Below are positions 35,638 to 46,443 of a stretch of 64,000 nucleotides of DNA, piece by piece (positions within the stretch are counted from its first letter, which is position 1; each line of letters opens with the position of its first letter). A program made the translations under genes and the position numbers. Source of the DNA: Candidatus Multivorans sp. (lineage in GTDB: Bacteria; Acidobacteriota; Thermoanaerobaculia; Multivoradales; Multivoraceae). The notes under the pieces are model-generated. The model did not search any database. It saw only the letters and a program-made list of their open reading frames with translations, and had not been told where the DNA came from. The DNA lies in contig OZ251997.1 of assembly GCA_965247095.1 (NCBI GenBank), positions 256,001-320,000 of the forward strand, given 5' to 3'.

Positions 35638-36081
35638 CTACCCGTCCGACCTGAGCAGGAGGATGCGGTTGTCGCTGGCGCCTGGAACCGCTGCGATCGG
35701 GATCGAGTCGTCGAAGGTGGCCAGGATGCCGTCGTTTTGCACTGCCAGGGCCAGGAGGTAGACGTCCGTGATCTGGCGGTAGCCTCGAATCGACCCGGCC
35801 GCGAGGTGCTCGCGTTCACGTATCGATAGCGAGTCGGGCCAGAAGGCGTGATCGTCGGTCTGGCAGAAGATCCTCAGGCGCTCCGTTGCGTCGGCCACCG
35901 TGGTCCGGCGCCCGGAATAGCTGGGGTTCGCCACGATCCGAACGAAGCCGTTCTCGGTCAATGGACAGGTTGACCAAGGTCCCCGCGAAGGACTTCCGAA
36001 CCACCGGTGGGCCGTCTCGTAGTGGATGTGCTCCGGGTCGAAGAGAGCTATCAGAACATTGACGTCGAGCAACGCACTCAA
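35638..36081 (-). CDS. VapC family PIN-domain toxin
   Basis: LLDVNVLIAL, TENGFVRI, QITDVYLLALA, LATFD. Confidence 0.92.
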   Translation of the reverse strand: MSALLDVNVLIALFDPEHIHYETAHRWFGSPSRGPWSTCPLTENGFVRIVANPSYSGRRTTVADATERLRIFCQTDDHAFWPDSLSIREREHLAAGSIRGYRQITDVYLLALAVQNDGILATFDDSIPIAAVPGASDNRILLLRSDG

Positions 36082-36308
36082 GGTTCGTCGTCTCGCAGAG
36101 CGTTCACCGCGGCGAGCGAGACCGGCCGAGCGCCGTCACGCGAGGGCAGTAAGGGAACGCCGTTTCGTTCTTCGACTCGGTGGGACCGGGGCGCCAGCGC
36201 CTTCCTGGCGAGCTCCGAGACGACTCGACCCACAGGTACACGGCGCTGCGCGGCGAGCTCCTTTGCGGCCCAGAGGACATCTTCGTCGAGGTTCAGTGTG
36301 GTGCGCAT
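36078..36308 (-). CDS. Ribbon-helix-helix antitoxin (VapB/CopG-like)
   Basis: MRTTLNLDEDVL..AKELA...VVSELARKAL; overlaps toxin start. Confidence 0.9.
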   Translation of the reverse strand: MRTTLNLDEDVLWAAKELAAQRRVPVGRVVSELARKALAPRSHRVEERNGVPLLPSRDGARPVSLAAVNALRDDEP

Positions 36309-36366
36309 AGGCTGAGCATCGCGCATCATGCATCTGATGTCAACCGTGCGTTCTACGCCGCCCCGA

Positions 36367-36504
36367 ACCCGTTTTGGGAGGAGACGAGCAAGACGCGACC
36401 CAGTCCGTGCGCCCGTCATCGGGCGCCCGGATGGCACCCGTTTTGGGAGGAGACGAGCAAGACGCGAACCAGTCCGTGCGCCCGTCAGCGGGCGCACGGA
36501 TGGA
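36367..36504 (+). repeat. Two tandem 69-bp units each containing the family A hairpin
   Basis: ACCCGTTTTGGGAGGAGACGAGCAAGACGCG...CAGTCCGTGCGCCCGTCA.CGGGCGC.CGGATGG at 36367 and 36436. Confidence 0.9.
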
Positions 36505-37618
36505 ACTCCGTCCGGATCGCGGCGCCGTGCTGGTCGAGTTCGGGCACGGGAGGTAGGCGTCGCCCCGGTTCGTTCGGGGCGGCAGCGGGAGCCACCATGT
36601 CGATCTCGGTGCCGTCGGGGAGCGGTTGCCTGACTCGGCGGAGCTGTGGATGCCGCGACAGAGCGGCGACGTCGTTCAGGAAGCCGTAGGCGATGCGGGC
36701 GCGATCGAGGATCGTGCGAATCGACTGCCGGTCGTGGCGGATGAACACCTCGTCGATCGCGGCTTCGACGGCGGCGCGGCCTTGCGCTCGGTCCACGTTC
36801 CGCGGGTAGGCCTCGGCGAGTTCCGGTTGTTCGAGCACTTCATTGCATAGGCGCGCGAACTCGCGGTCGTTCTGGACTCCGATCAGCACGGAGTGGCCGT
36901 CGCCGAGCTGGAACACGCCGTAGGGCACGATCGTCGGATGGCCGAGGCCGACCCGCGGCCAGTCGAGACCATGCTGTTCGAAACGCAGCAGGGGCGCCGC
37001 CATCCAGTCCGCCATCGTGTGGAAGAGGCTGACCTCGACGTTGCGGCCGGCGCCGGTGCGACCGCGCTCGATCAGGGCTTCGAGGATGGCGGAGTACGCG
37101 TAGATGCCGGTGGCGAAGTCGCAGATGGAGACCCCGACGCGGCCGGGCTCTGCCGGCGAACCGGTGATCGACGCGACGCCGCTCTCCGCCTGGACGAGCA
37201 GGTCGTAGGCTCGCATCGACCGGTAGGGGCCGTCCTCGCCGTAGCCCGAGATGTCGCAGGTGACGAGCCGCGGATGGCGCCCGCGGAGCTCCTTCGACCC
37301 GAAGCCGGCCCGCGCGGCTGCGCCCGGCGCGAGGTTCTGGATGAACACATCGGCGCGCTCGACGATCCGTTCGAGCAGGGCCCGATCCTCGTCGCCCTTG
37401 ATGTCGAGAACGATCGACTCCTTGCCGCGGTTCAGCCAGGCGAAGTAGGCCGAGACGCCCCCCGTGCCGTCGTAGCCGCGGGCGAAGTCCCCGCCGTCAC
37501 GCTCCACCTTGATCACCCGGGCGCCTGCGTCCGCCAGGCGGCAGGTCGCCAGCGGCGCCGCGACCGCCTGCTCGATGGCAACCACGAGCAGGCCCTCGAG
37601 AGGACGGTGAGCGGTCAT
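36485..37618 (-). CDS. CoA transferase family III
   Basis: EQAVAAP, GARVIKVE, NRGKES, QNLAPG. Confidence 0.93.
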   Translation of the reverse strand: MTAHRPLEGLLVVAIEQAVAAPLATCRLADAGARVIKVERDGGDFARGYDGTGGVSAYFAWLNRGKESIVLDIKGDEDRALLERIVERADVFIQNLAPGAAARAGFGSKELRGRHPRLVTCDISGYGEDGPYRSMRAYDLLVQAESGVASITGSPAEPGRVGVSICDFATGIYAYSAILEALIERGRTGAGRNVEVSLFHTMADWMAAPLLRFEQHGLDWPRVGLGHPTIVPYGVFQLGDGHSVLIGVQNDREFARLCNEVLEQPELAEAYPRNVDRAQGRAAVEAAIDEVFIRHDRQSIRTILDRARIAYGFLNDVAALSRHPQLRRVRQPLPDGTEIDMVAPAAAPNEPGRRLPPVPELDQHGAAIRTEFHPCAR

Positions 37619-38295
37619 CGCCAGGCGAAGACCGGCTGCTCGTAGTGAGCGACGCGGACATCATTGCCGCGGAGGACCACCTCGAGCATCTGGTAGACGA
37701 TCGCCGCCGTCGGCGCGTGGACGAGACCGCCCCGGATCGGCATCGAGAGCACCGGGTTCTCGCTCTCGGGAATCTCCCGCAGCACCGGCACGTCGGGCCG
37801 GTCGAGGTCGATCAGGGGGATGCGGTAGGCGCGGTAGACCTCGTCCGGGTTCGGCTGCAGCTCGCGGTAGTCGTCGCACCAGAACACGACCGGCGTGATG
37901 ACGAAGCCGGAGCGGGTGCCGAAGTCGTCGAGCCGGCCCAGGACGGCGCCGGGTTCGAGGTCCAGGCCGACCTCTTCGTGGAGTTCGCGCAGGGCCGCCT
38001 GCTCGGGGGTCTCCGCCTCGTCGATGCGGCCGCCCGGAAGTGCCCACTGACCGCGGTGGCGGCGGAGCCTCAGGGAGCGCCGAGTGAGCAGGAAGCAACC
38101 GCGGCCGCCCTTGTCCGGCAGCAGGGTCACCGCAACGGCGGCATGCGCGTTGGCGGACACGGCGCCGGTGTGCCCGGAGGCTTCCGCGGCCCGCGCCGCG
38201 GCCGCTTCAGGATCGAGCTTTCGCCGCTCGAAGCGCTCCAGGTTCCGCTCAGCGTGGGCGTGGAGTTCCGGACCGTGCCGTGCGGGGAAGCTCAC
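37615..38295 (-). CDS. Nudix hydrolase, CoA pyrophosphatase-like
   Basis: HRGQWALPGG...AALRELHEEVG Nudix box; NPDEV. Confidence 0.92.
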   Translation of the reverse strand: MSFPARHGPELHAHAERNLERFERRKLDPEAAAARAAEASGHTGAVSANAHAAVAVTLLPDKGGRGCFLLTRRSLRLRRHRGQWALPGGRIDEAETPEQAALRELHEEVGLDLEPGAVLGRLDDFGTRSGFVITPVVFWCDDYRELQPNPDEVYRAYRIPLIDLDRPDVPVLREIPESENPVLSMPIRGGLVHAPTAAIVYQMLEVVLRGNDVRVAHYEQPVFAWR

Positions 38296-38317
38296 GTAGC
38301 CGCGGCTGCCAGACCGT

Positions 38318-39364
38318 TCACGGCGCCTCCTCGCGGATCAGCTCCACGACCCGGCCGAGGGTGTCGAGCCGTTCCGTCACCGTGGCGCCGGCCGGGCTCA
38401 GCCGCAGCGTGGTCACTCCGGCGTCCCGGTAGGCGCGGATGCGGCTGCGAATGCGGGCCTCGTCGCCGATCAGGGTGTTGCCGAGCACCATCTCGTCGGG
38501 AACGCGCGCCGCGGCTTCCTCCCGCTTGCGGGCGATCCACAGCGCCTGCACTTCGCGGGCTGCCTCGACGAAACCGGCGCGGCGGTAGGCGTCGTTGTAG
38601 AAGTTGGTCTGCGCCGAACCCATCGCCCCCAGGGTGAAGGCCATGGACGGCTTGCGGCGGGCCGCCATCCGCTCCAGGTCGTCGCCGAACTCGACCTCGC
38701 CGCCGACCTGGATGTCGATGTCGTCGAGGCTGCGGCCGGCACGCTCGGCCCCCGCGCGCATCGAGGGGAAGAAGGCCTCCGCGTGTTCGGGGATGAAGGA
38801 GGCGCCGAGCCAGCCGTCTGCGACTTCGCCGGTGTACTCGAGCGACTTCGGCCCGAGGGTCGCCAGGTAGATCGGCAGCCTGGGCCGCGGCGGCTGCGAC
38901 ATGCGGATCGCCTTGCCCTCACCGCCGGGGCGGGGCAGGGTGTAGTGCTCGCCCTCGTAGGCGATCTTCTCGCCGGAGAGTGCGATCTTCAGGATGTCGA
39001 TGTATTCCCGCAGGCGGCCCAGGGGCTTTGCGAAGGCTGTGCCGTGCAACCCCTCGACCACCTGGGGACCGCTGACGCCGAGGCCGAGGACGAACCGGTC
39101 CTTCGAGATCGAGGCCAGCGACATCGCGGTCATCGCGGTCATCGAGGGGGCCCGCGCCGAGATCTGCATGATGCCGGTGCCAAGCCGGATGCGCTCCGTG
39201 CGCGCGGCGAGGTAGGCGAGCGGGGTCACGGCGTCCGTGCCCCAGGCCTCGGCCGACCAGACATCGTCCACACCGAGGCGTTCCGCCTCGACGACGTACT
39301 TCGTCAGGGCGTCCCAGTTCGTTCCGGAGGCGTACGCGCTCCCGATGCCGATCGCTGTCCGCAT
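38318..39364 (-). CDS. LLM-class (probably F420-dependent) oxidoreductase
   Basis: WSAEAWGTDA, LGLGVSGPQVVEG, ADGW. Confidence 0.92.
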   Translation of the reverse strand: MRTAIGIGSAYASGTNWDALTKYVVEAERLGVDDVWSAEAWGTDAVTPLAYLAARTERIRLGTGIMQISARAPSMTAMTAMSLASISKDRFVLGLGVSGPQVVEGLHGTAFAKPLGRLREYIDILKIALSGEKIAYEGEHYTLPRPGGEGKAIRMSQPPRPRLPIYLATLGPKSLEYTGEVADGWLGASFIPEHAEAFFPSMRAGAERAGRSLDDIDIQVGGEVEFGDDLERMAARRKPSMAFTLGAMGSAQTNFYNDAYRRAGFVEAAREVQALWIARKREEAAARVPDEMVLGNTLIGDEARIRSRIRAYRDAGVTTLRLSPAGATVTERLDTLGRVVELIREEAP

Positions 39365-39392
39365 CCTTCGTTGCTCCTTGTGCTCAGGTGGT

Positions 39393-39974
39393 CTACTGAA
39401 CGGCCGTGGCGCGGACGTAGATCAGTTTGCGGATGTCCGGACGGGGGTCTTGAGTGCGGGTGTGCAGCATCACCTCCAGTTCGCTTCCGTCCTTTGACAG
39501 TTGCCAGGTCTCGGTGACGTCGAAGTCGCCGAACGGTGTGATTCTCGTGTACGAGACGGAGAGCTTGTCCTTGCGCCACTTCACGCGGGCGGTACGCGTA
39601 CCGCCTTGGAAATCGGGCATCTTCCGGGGCTTGCCGTCGGTGACCAGATTCTGGGAGAACTGGACCGGCGCCGGCAGGTTTTCGCCCCGCATGGTGTAGT
39701 TCATCACCAGGTCTTCCCCGGTCAATGAGATCTCGAGTTCGAGGTCGAGTGTGTTCGGCCGTTCGCGGCCGGCGCGGCCCGGGGCCAGGGAGTCGCTGCG
39801 CTCGCTGTCGAGCTGCCAGATGCCGGCGAAGTCCTCGTTGGCGGCGGCCAGCGGCGCCGCGCCGAGCGAGGCGATGGCGAGGGCCGCGCCGACGACGACG
39901 GCCGAGAAGGCCGTGGCCGTTGGGGAACCGGAAGGGCTGGCTGGGATCGTACGAGCGTGGGCTGATTTGTTCAT
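39393..39974 (-). CDS. Exported hypothetical beta-barrel protein
   Basis: Signal peptide; DFAGIWQLDSERSD; ETWQLSKDG. Confidence 0.75.
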   Translation of the reverse strand: MNKSAHARTIPASPSGSPTATAFSAVVVGAALAIASLGAAPLAAANEDFAGIWQLDSERSDSLAPGRAGRERPNTLDLELEISLTGEDLVMNYTMRGENLPAPVQFSQNLVTDGKPRKMPDFQGGTRTARVKWRKDKLSVSYTRITPFGDFDVTETWQLSKDGSELEVMLHTRTQDPRPDIRKLIYVRATAVQ

Positions 39975-40132
39975 GGATTTCTCCTCGCCGGCGGCGTGGG
40001 CGATGCCGGTCGCCGTCGGCAGCGTTACGTTGCTCTCTTGATAGCGGGCGGTTCTACTGAACGACTGTCGCGCGGACGGAGTAGTTCTTGCGGATTGTCG
40101 GGACGGTGGCTGTTCCCGATCTTACCGAGGCG

Positions 40133-40188
40133 CTAGCAGCGTGCGCCGCAGGAAGAATCGGCGCACCCCATGTTCTGCCGCGCACGCT
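40133..40188 (+). repeat. REP-like hairpin, family B, copy 1
   Basis: 56-bp unit CTAGCAGCGTGCGCCGCAGGAAGAATCGGCGCACCCCATGTTCTGCCGCGCACGCT; 3 mismatches to 42888-42943. Confidence 0.85.
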
Positions 40189-40248
40189 TGCATGGAACAA
40201 GCCATGTTTCCTGTGCGTCAGCGCGGCGCGGACGCCGCGACTCGACTC

Positions 40249-41189
<941 letters not shown>

Positions 41190-41193
<4 letters not shown>

Positions 41194-42560
41194 GAGGCCT
41201 TCACTCCTGGAACCGCGGCGGCCGGGACGGCGACCGGCTTGCCGACTGAAGGTTCTCTGACCGGAAAGGCGTCGGCGCGCCCGAGCGAGGAGTACCTGAG
41301 TCCGGCCGCGGCCACCCGCTCGGGCTCGTAGAGATTGCGCAGGTCGACGACCTGCGGTTTGCGCAGCAACTGCCGCAGCCGGTCGAGCTCGAGCGCGCGA
41401 AACTGGTTCCACTCGGTGAGGATGACCAGCAGATCGGCGCCCTCGGCGGCCTCGTACTGGTCGCCGCAGTAGACCGCCTCGGGGCGGATGCGGCGGGCCT
41501 TTTCCATCGCGGCCGGGTCGTAGACGCGGACATCGGCGCCGCGGGCGAGGAGTCGATCAAGCACGAACAGGGCCGGCGATTCGCGGATGTCGTCGGTGTC
41601 GGGCTTGAAGGACAGCCCGAGCAGCGCCACCGTCCGGCCCCTGGGATCGCCGAGCACGGACTCGATCTTGGCGAGCATCCGTTCCTGGACCCGGTGATTG
41701 ACCTGGAGCGTCGCCTCGACGATCTCGGCGCGGGCGCCGGCGTCCCGGGCCATGGAGACCATCGCGCGGGTGTCCTTGGGAAAGCAGGAGCCGCCGAAGC
41801 CAGGCCCCGGGCGCAGGAACAGCGGTCCGATTCGCTTGTCGAGGCCCATGCCGTGGGCCACGACCTGGACGTCGGCAGAGGTTAGCTCGCACAGCTCCGC
41901 GACTTCGTTGATGAAGGAGATGCGGGTGGCGAGGAAGCTGTTCGAGGCGTACTTGATCATCTCCGCGGTCTCGACATCGGTGACCACGATGGGTACGCCG
42001 CGGGCGCGCAGCGGTGAGTAGATCTCGAGCATGATGTCGGTGGCGCGCTGATCGCGGCTGCCGATGACCAGGCGGTCCGGGCGCATGAAGTCCTCGATCG
42101 CGGAGCCCTCGCGCAGGAACTCGGGGTTGCTGACCACGGAGAAGGTGCGGCCGTGGCCGATGATCTCCTCGATCATGCGGCCGGTGCCGACGGGCACTGT
42201 GCTCTTGGTGACGATCGCCTTGTAGCCGTTGAGCCTCCCGCCGATCGCCTGGGCCACTTCGCGCACGTAGCGAAGATCCGAGGAGCCGTCCTCGCGGGGC
42301 GGCGTGCCGACGGCGATGAACACGGCCGCCGCGGCTTCAAGCGCGGGCCCCAGCTCGGTCGTGAAGCTCAGTCGGCCCGCTTCCTCGTTCTTCGCTACCA
42401 GGGTCGCCAGGCCGGGCTCGTAGATCGGAATCCGGCCCGCCTGCAACTTGGCGATCTTCGCCTCGTCCTGGTCGACGCAGACGACATCCATGCCGAAGTC
42501 GGCCAGGCATGCGCCCGTGACCAAGCCGACGTAGCCGGAACCTACGACGCAGATTCTCAC
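41190..42560 (-). CDS. ugd: UDP-glucose 6-dehydrogenase
   Basis: [35 protein letters not shown]. Confidence 0.95.
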
Positions 42561-42563
42561 CTG

Positions 42564-42581
42564 CGCTGTTATATAACAGCG
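42564..42581. promoter_or_regulatory. Perfect 18-bp palindrome in divergent promoter region
   Basis: CGCTGTTATATAACAGCG, giving TATAAC on both strands. Confidence 0.55.
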
Positions 42582-42654
42582 AGTGCGATGCGCCGCTCCC
42601 GCCCTCGGGTTGCGGCACGCACACAGGACATTTCAGAAGAGTCAGGGTGAGTCG

Positions 42655-42891
42655 ATGAAGCGTGGACGACGGCTGAGCAACGCGATAGCGACCCGGAAGT
42701 CGGTGATCACTGCGCCGCGCAGCTTCTCGAAGGTGCAGCGGAACGAGCCGTGCCCGTGCGGCAGCGGCCAGAAGTACAAGGACTGCCACTTCGCCGAGGG
42801 CGAGGCCTTCCTGCGCAAGCTGGGACGCCAGCGCTACAAGGCGCAGCAGAAGGCGGACGGTACGCCCTGGTACGTGCGCTGGCTGACCTAG
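42655..42891 (+). CDS. Small SEC-C motif protein
   Basis: [17 protein letters not shown]. Confidence 0.8.
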   Translation: MKRGRRLSNAIATRKSVITAPRSFSKVQRNEPCPCGSGQKYKDCHFAEGEAFLRKLGRQRYKAQQKADGTPWYVRWLT

Positions 42892-42943
42892 CAGCGTGCG
42901 CGGCAGGAAGAATCGGCGTACCCCATGTTCTGCGGCGCACGCT
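42888..42943 (+). repeat. REP-like hairpin, family B, copy 2
   Basis: Direct repeat of 40133-40188, between convergent genes. Confidence 0.85.
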
Positions 42944-42957
42944 CCTAGACCGGCGCC

Positions 42958-43866
42958 CTATACGGGAGTCGGCTCCGCCTTTGCGTCGACCGCGGCGTCG
43001 TGATCCTGCTTGGCCTTCAGAAGTTGCGGCATGACGAGGTCGAGGTCGCGGAGATCCCACATGCCTTCCTTGCTGAACTTCCGGATCACCTTGGGCTGCT
43101 GCATGATGCCGATCCAGCCGCGCATCACGTCGATGATCTGAGCGGTCATGTCCTGACCCGCGTCCGACGCCAGCCAGGCGCATACGGGGGCGATCTGGTT
43201 GGGGCTCTGCTCGGGAGCCTTCTCGTCGACCTGCATGCCCCGTGAGGCGCGCAGTTCAGCCGTCATCCGGGTCGTGGCGCCGGGGGAGATCGTGTTCACG
43301 GTGCAGCCGTACTTCGCGAGCTCCAGCGCCAGCACCCGGGAGAGACCGGCGATACCGGCCTTGGCGGCGGCGTAGTTCGACTGCCCGAAGTTGCCGTAGA
43401 GGCCGGAGACCGAGGAGAAGTTGATGATCCGGCAGCCCGTCCGGTTCGTCCCACGGATGTAGTTGGCGAACGGCCGGCTGCAACAGTAGTGGCCCTTCAG
43501 ATGGACGTTGAGCACCGCGTCCCAGTCCGCCTCTTCCAGGTTGAAGATCGTCCGGTCGCGCAGGATGCCGGCGTTGTTGACCAGAATGTCCAGGGCGCCG
43601 AACGAGTCGATCGCGGTCTGAAAGATGTTCTGCCCACCTTCGACCGTGGCGACCGAGTCGTAGTTCGGCGCGGCTGAGCCGCCGGCGCTCCGGATCTCCT
43701 CGACGACCTCGTCGGCGATGCGTGAACCGCCGGTGCCGTCGGTGGCGCCGCCGAGGTCGTTGACGACCACGTTCGCGCCCTCTTCCGCGAACTTGAGCGC
43801 GATGCCCTTGCCTATGCCGCGTCCGGCGCCGGTGACGATTGCCGTCCTGCCTTCGAGGATTCCCAT
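42958..43866 (-). CDS. SDR oxidoreductase (MFE-2/HSD17B4-like 3-hydroxyacyl-CoA dehydrogenase type)
   Basis: TGAGRGIG, VVNDLGG, NNAGILRD, GNFGQSNYAAAK. Confidence 0.93.
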   Translation of the reverse strand: MGILEGRTAIVTGAGRGIGKGIALKFAEEGANVVVNDLGGATDGTGGSRIADEVVEEIRSAGGSAAPNYDSVATVEGGQNIFQTAIDSFGALDILVNNAGILRDRTIFNLEEADWDAVLNVHLKGHYCCSRPFANYIRGTNRTGCRIINFSSVSGLYGNFGQSNYAAAKAGIAGLSRVLALELAKYGCTVNTISPGATTRMTAELRASRGMQVDEKAPEQSPNQIAPVCAWLASDAGQDMTAQIIDVMRGWIGIMQQPKVIRKFSKEGMWDLRDLDLVMPQLLKAKQDHDAAVDAKAEPTPV

Positions 43867-43944
43867 GATCTTGCTATCTCCGTCGGTTGTCGTGGTCGTT
43901 GGCGGGGTCGGTACTCTAGCCCCTTGGCGCCTCGTCGCGGAAGC

Positions 43945-44826
43945 TCAGGCGACGACCGCGACGCCCTGGCTCACTGCTTCCTCGCCGTTCGCGTTCAGCA
44001 CCCGGAAGGCGATCTGCCGCGCGCCGTCCGTTTCGCCGCCCGGCGCATGCTCGACCTGGATCGATGTACCGGGGATGACCATGGCGGTGAAGCGGCCGTG
44101 CAGGCGCTTCAGGCGGGCCGGATCGCCGTCGCCGTAGGCGCGCAGCACCTCGCGCCCGGCGAGAGCCCAGGTGGCGGTGCCGTGGAGGATGATGTCCGGC
44201 AGGCCGGCCCGGAGCGCGACCTCGCGCTCGGTGTGGATTGGATTCCAGATCCGGGCGCACTCGGTGTAGACGTGGGGCATCTCACGGGGCACGAAGATCT
44301 CGGTCCGGCTCGAGTCGGCGCCGTTCAACCGGAGCCGAGGCACATCGGGCGCCGGCTCGATCTCGGCATTGCCGCCGTCGGTGGCCACGCCGCGAAAGAT
44401 GGAGCGCGACCAGGAAGTGACGACGGGCCGGTCGTCGCCGTCGACCGTCTCCAGGCAGGTGGTCAGCAGGGCGCCGGCGCGGGTGGCCCGGATGCCGGCG
44501 TAGCGGCCGCGCGTGGTCAGCGAATCGCCGGGCCGGATCGGCCGGTGGAAGTGGGAATCCTGGCTGGCGTGGACGCCGCGGACCAGTTCGTCCGCTTCGC
44601 CGCCGAGGAGGTGGCTGCCTCTGCCGTTGCTGACCACCGGCCACTCCAGGGATACGCAGTAGGAGGGCGGCGCCGCGATGCCCCCGCCGCGGGCGTCGTC
44701 GAACACGGACTCGCAGGTGTCGCCGATGCCGGCGGCGTAGGCGAGCGCGTCGCGCACGGTGATCCGGCGCTCGTAGGGCGGCAGGTCGCTGCCGGCCGCG
44801 GCGGTGGAGATCGGCATCTCTAGCAA
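43945..44826 (-). CDS. Double hot-dog MaoC-type (R)-specific enoyl-CoA hydratase (PhaJ-like)
   Basis: ALAYAAG, WNPIH...ILHG hydratase-2-like motif. Confidence 0.85.
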   Translation of the reverse strand: MLEMPISTAAAGSDLPPYERRITVRDALAYAAGIGDTCESVFDDARGGGIAAPPSYCVSLEWPVVSNGRGSHLLGGEADELVRGVHASQDSHFHRPIRPGDSLTTRGRYAGIRATRAGALLTTCLETVDGDDRPVVTSWSRSIFRGVATDGGNAEIEPAPDVPRLRLNGADSSRTEIFVPREMPHVYTECARIWNPIHTEREVALRAGLPDIILHGTATWALAGREVLRAYGDGDPARLKRLHGRFTAMVIPGTSIQVEHAPGGETDGARQIAFRVLNANGEEAVSQGVAVVA

Positions 44827-44850
44827 CCCGTGGTGGAAGTCCGTGACGGG

Positions 44851-45465
44851 TCAGTCGGTGGCGCCGCCGAGGCGCCGTTCCAGATCCTGGAGCCGGTTCT
44901 TCAACTCGTCGAGTTCGGCCCGGCTGGCGCTGCCGCCGTCTTCTTGCTGCGTTGCGGCAGGCGCCTTCGGTTCGGGTGCGGTCGGTGCGGCCGACCGCTC
45001 CGATCCCTGGCTGCCGTCCGTGCTCCGCCCGGCGCCGAATACGCTATCCGCCTGGCGCATCTGGGCGTGCATCTGCTCGGCGATGGCGCGTGGATCCCAG
45101 AGACGCATCCAGGATGGGTCGGGCGCGAAGGGGTTGGTTCTCATCGTGTCGCGTACGCGTTCGTAGACCTCGCCGGCGCTCTTGAGGTACCACTGGAAGA
45201 AGTCGCGGCCCGCCTGGTCGCGAGCCCTGATCAGGTCGCGCAGGAACTCGAGGGGCGGCCCTCGCTCAGGGTCCTTGGCGCCGTCGACGATGATCTGGGT
45301 CAGCACGTGGCGGGTCACATCCTCGCCCGTCTTCGAGTCGACGACCTGGATGTCCTCACCGCTCCGCACCATCTCGGCGACTCCGTCGAGGTTCACGTAG
45401 CGACTATTGTGGGTGTCGTAGAGCCGCCGGTTCTCGTACTTCTTGATGACGATGGGAGAGGGCAT
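44851..45465 (-). CDS. phaR: Polyhydroxyalkanoate synthesis regulator
   Basis: IKKYENRRLYDT..SRYVNL...DSKTGEDVT..VLTQII DNA-binding domain. Confidence 0.92.
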   Translation of the reverse strand: MPSPIVIKKYENRRLYDTHNSRYVNLDGVAEMVRSGEDIQVVDSKTGEDVTRHVLTQIIVDGAKDPERGPPLEFLRDLIRARDQAGRDFFQWYLKSAGEVYERVRDTMRTNPFAPDPSWMRLWDPRAIAEQMHAQMRQADSVFGAGRSTDGSQGSERSAAPTAPEPKAPAATQQEDGGSASRAELDELKNRLQDLERRLGGATD

Positions 45466-45535
45466 CTAGCGGGAGGTGCTCATGTCACGAGAGCGGAGGT
45501 CACTTCGTGATGGGTCGGTCGTTGCGCGGGGGGGG

Positions 45536-45582
45536 TTGACACAGTGCAGCATAATGTGCAGGATTATTGCTGCGCTGCACAA
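45536..45582. promoter_or_regulatory. Phasin promoter (-35 TTGACA) with TGC-rich inverted repeats, probable PhaR operator
   Basis: GTGCAGCATAAT...ATTATTGCTGCGCTGCAC between divergent phaR and phasin. Confidence 0.65.
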
Positions 45583-45698
45583 GACGGGCGCTGTCGACAG
45601 ACATCACCGTCATCGGTGCATCCGTCGAAACAGGCCAAACGAGCCGAAACCAACATGGACGTTTCCGACTAAGGATCGTACCACTCAGGAGACTTCAG

Positions 45699-46094
45699 AT
45701 GACGACCAGTACAGCAGCCAGCACGACGAAGAGCCCCATGCAGCCCTGGCGCGGAACGATGATCGACGCCAACCGCCGGGTGCTCGACTTCCAGAAGCGG
45801 GCGTTCGACACCAGCTTCGACATGGTGGCCAGGCTCCAGGAGCGCCGGGAAGAGGCCGTCGGTAACTGGGTCGAGAACGCCGACCGGATCCCGGCAGAGG
45901 CCAAGAGCCTGGTGCAGGAGTGGACCCGGCTGTCCCAGGAGAGCCGCAACGCCTACCGCTCCGCGGTGGAGACCAGCTTCGGCCTCGCCAACAGTTACCT
46001 CGACTCGCTCGCGCCGCAGGCGACCGAGGAGTCGTACTCAGAGCCCCATGGCAGACGACCGGCGCACCGCCAAGCCTGTGAATCCGCCGCCTGA
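45699..46094 (+). CDS. Phasin-like granule-associated protein
   Basis: AGGAG RBS; amphipathic helical FQKRAFDTSFDMVARLQE; PHA gene context. Confidence 0.7.
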   Translation: MTTSTAASTTKSPMQPWRGTMIDANRRVLDFQKRAFDTSFDMVARLQERREEAVGNWVENADRIPAEAKSLVQEWTRLSQESRNAYRSAVETSFGLANSYLDSLAPQATEESYSEPHGRRPAHRQACESAA

Positions 46095-46443
46095 TCCCTT
46101 CGCCATGTGGCGCGAGTGGGTCACGAAGTCCGAGCATCAGATGAATGCGATGCTCAACGAGATGATGGGGACGGAGGAATTCGCTCGCGCCTCGGGAAGC
46201 TGGGTCGAGGCGATGACGATGTTCCAGCAGACGATGAACGAGAACACCCAGCGCTACTTCCAGATGGTCAACGTGCCAACACGGACGGACGTCAGCGAGC
46301 TCGCCGAGCGTCTGACCGCGGTGGAGGAACGGCTGCAACGGATCGAGGCGCTGCTCGCGACCGCCGTCGGACGTAAGGGACAGAACCAGGCGGTCCGCCC
46401 GGCCCGGACCCGGCGTCCACCGTCCGAACAGCCCGATCGGTGA
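46048..46443 (+). CDS. Short PHA synthase accessory subunit (PhaE-like)
   Basis: DPFAMWREW, MGTEEFAR, NVPTRTDVSELAERLTAVEERL; directly upstream of phaC. Confidence 0.8.
   Translation: MADDRRTAKPVNPPPDPFAMWREWVTKSEHQMNAMLNEMMGTEEFARASGSWVEAMTMFQQTMNENTQRYFQMVNVPTRTDVSELAERLTAVEERLQRIEALLATAVGRKGQNQAVRPARTRRPPSEQPDR

Noticed and set aside
36367-36504. Possible CRISPR array
   Set aside because: Only two contiguous 69-bp units, no unique spacers and no cas genes
42566-42579. E. coli-type SOS box
   Set aside because: Spacing is CTGT-N6-ACAG rather than N8
46048-46094. 47-bp overlap between phasin and phaE-like gene
   Set aside because: Probably a drifted stop codon; the tail looks non-conserved
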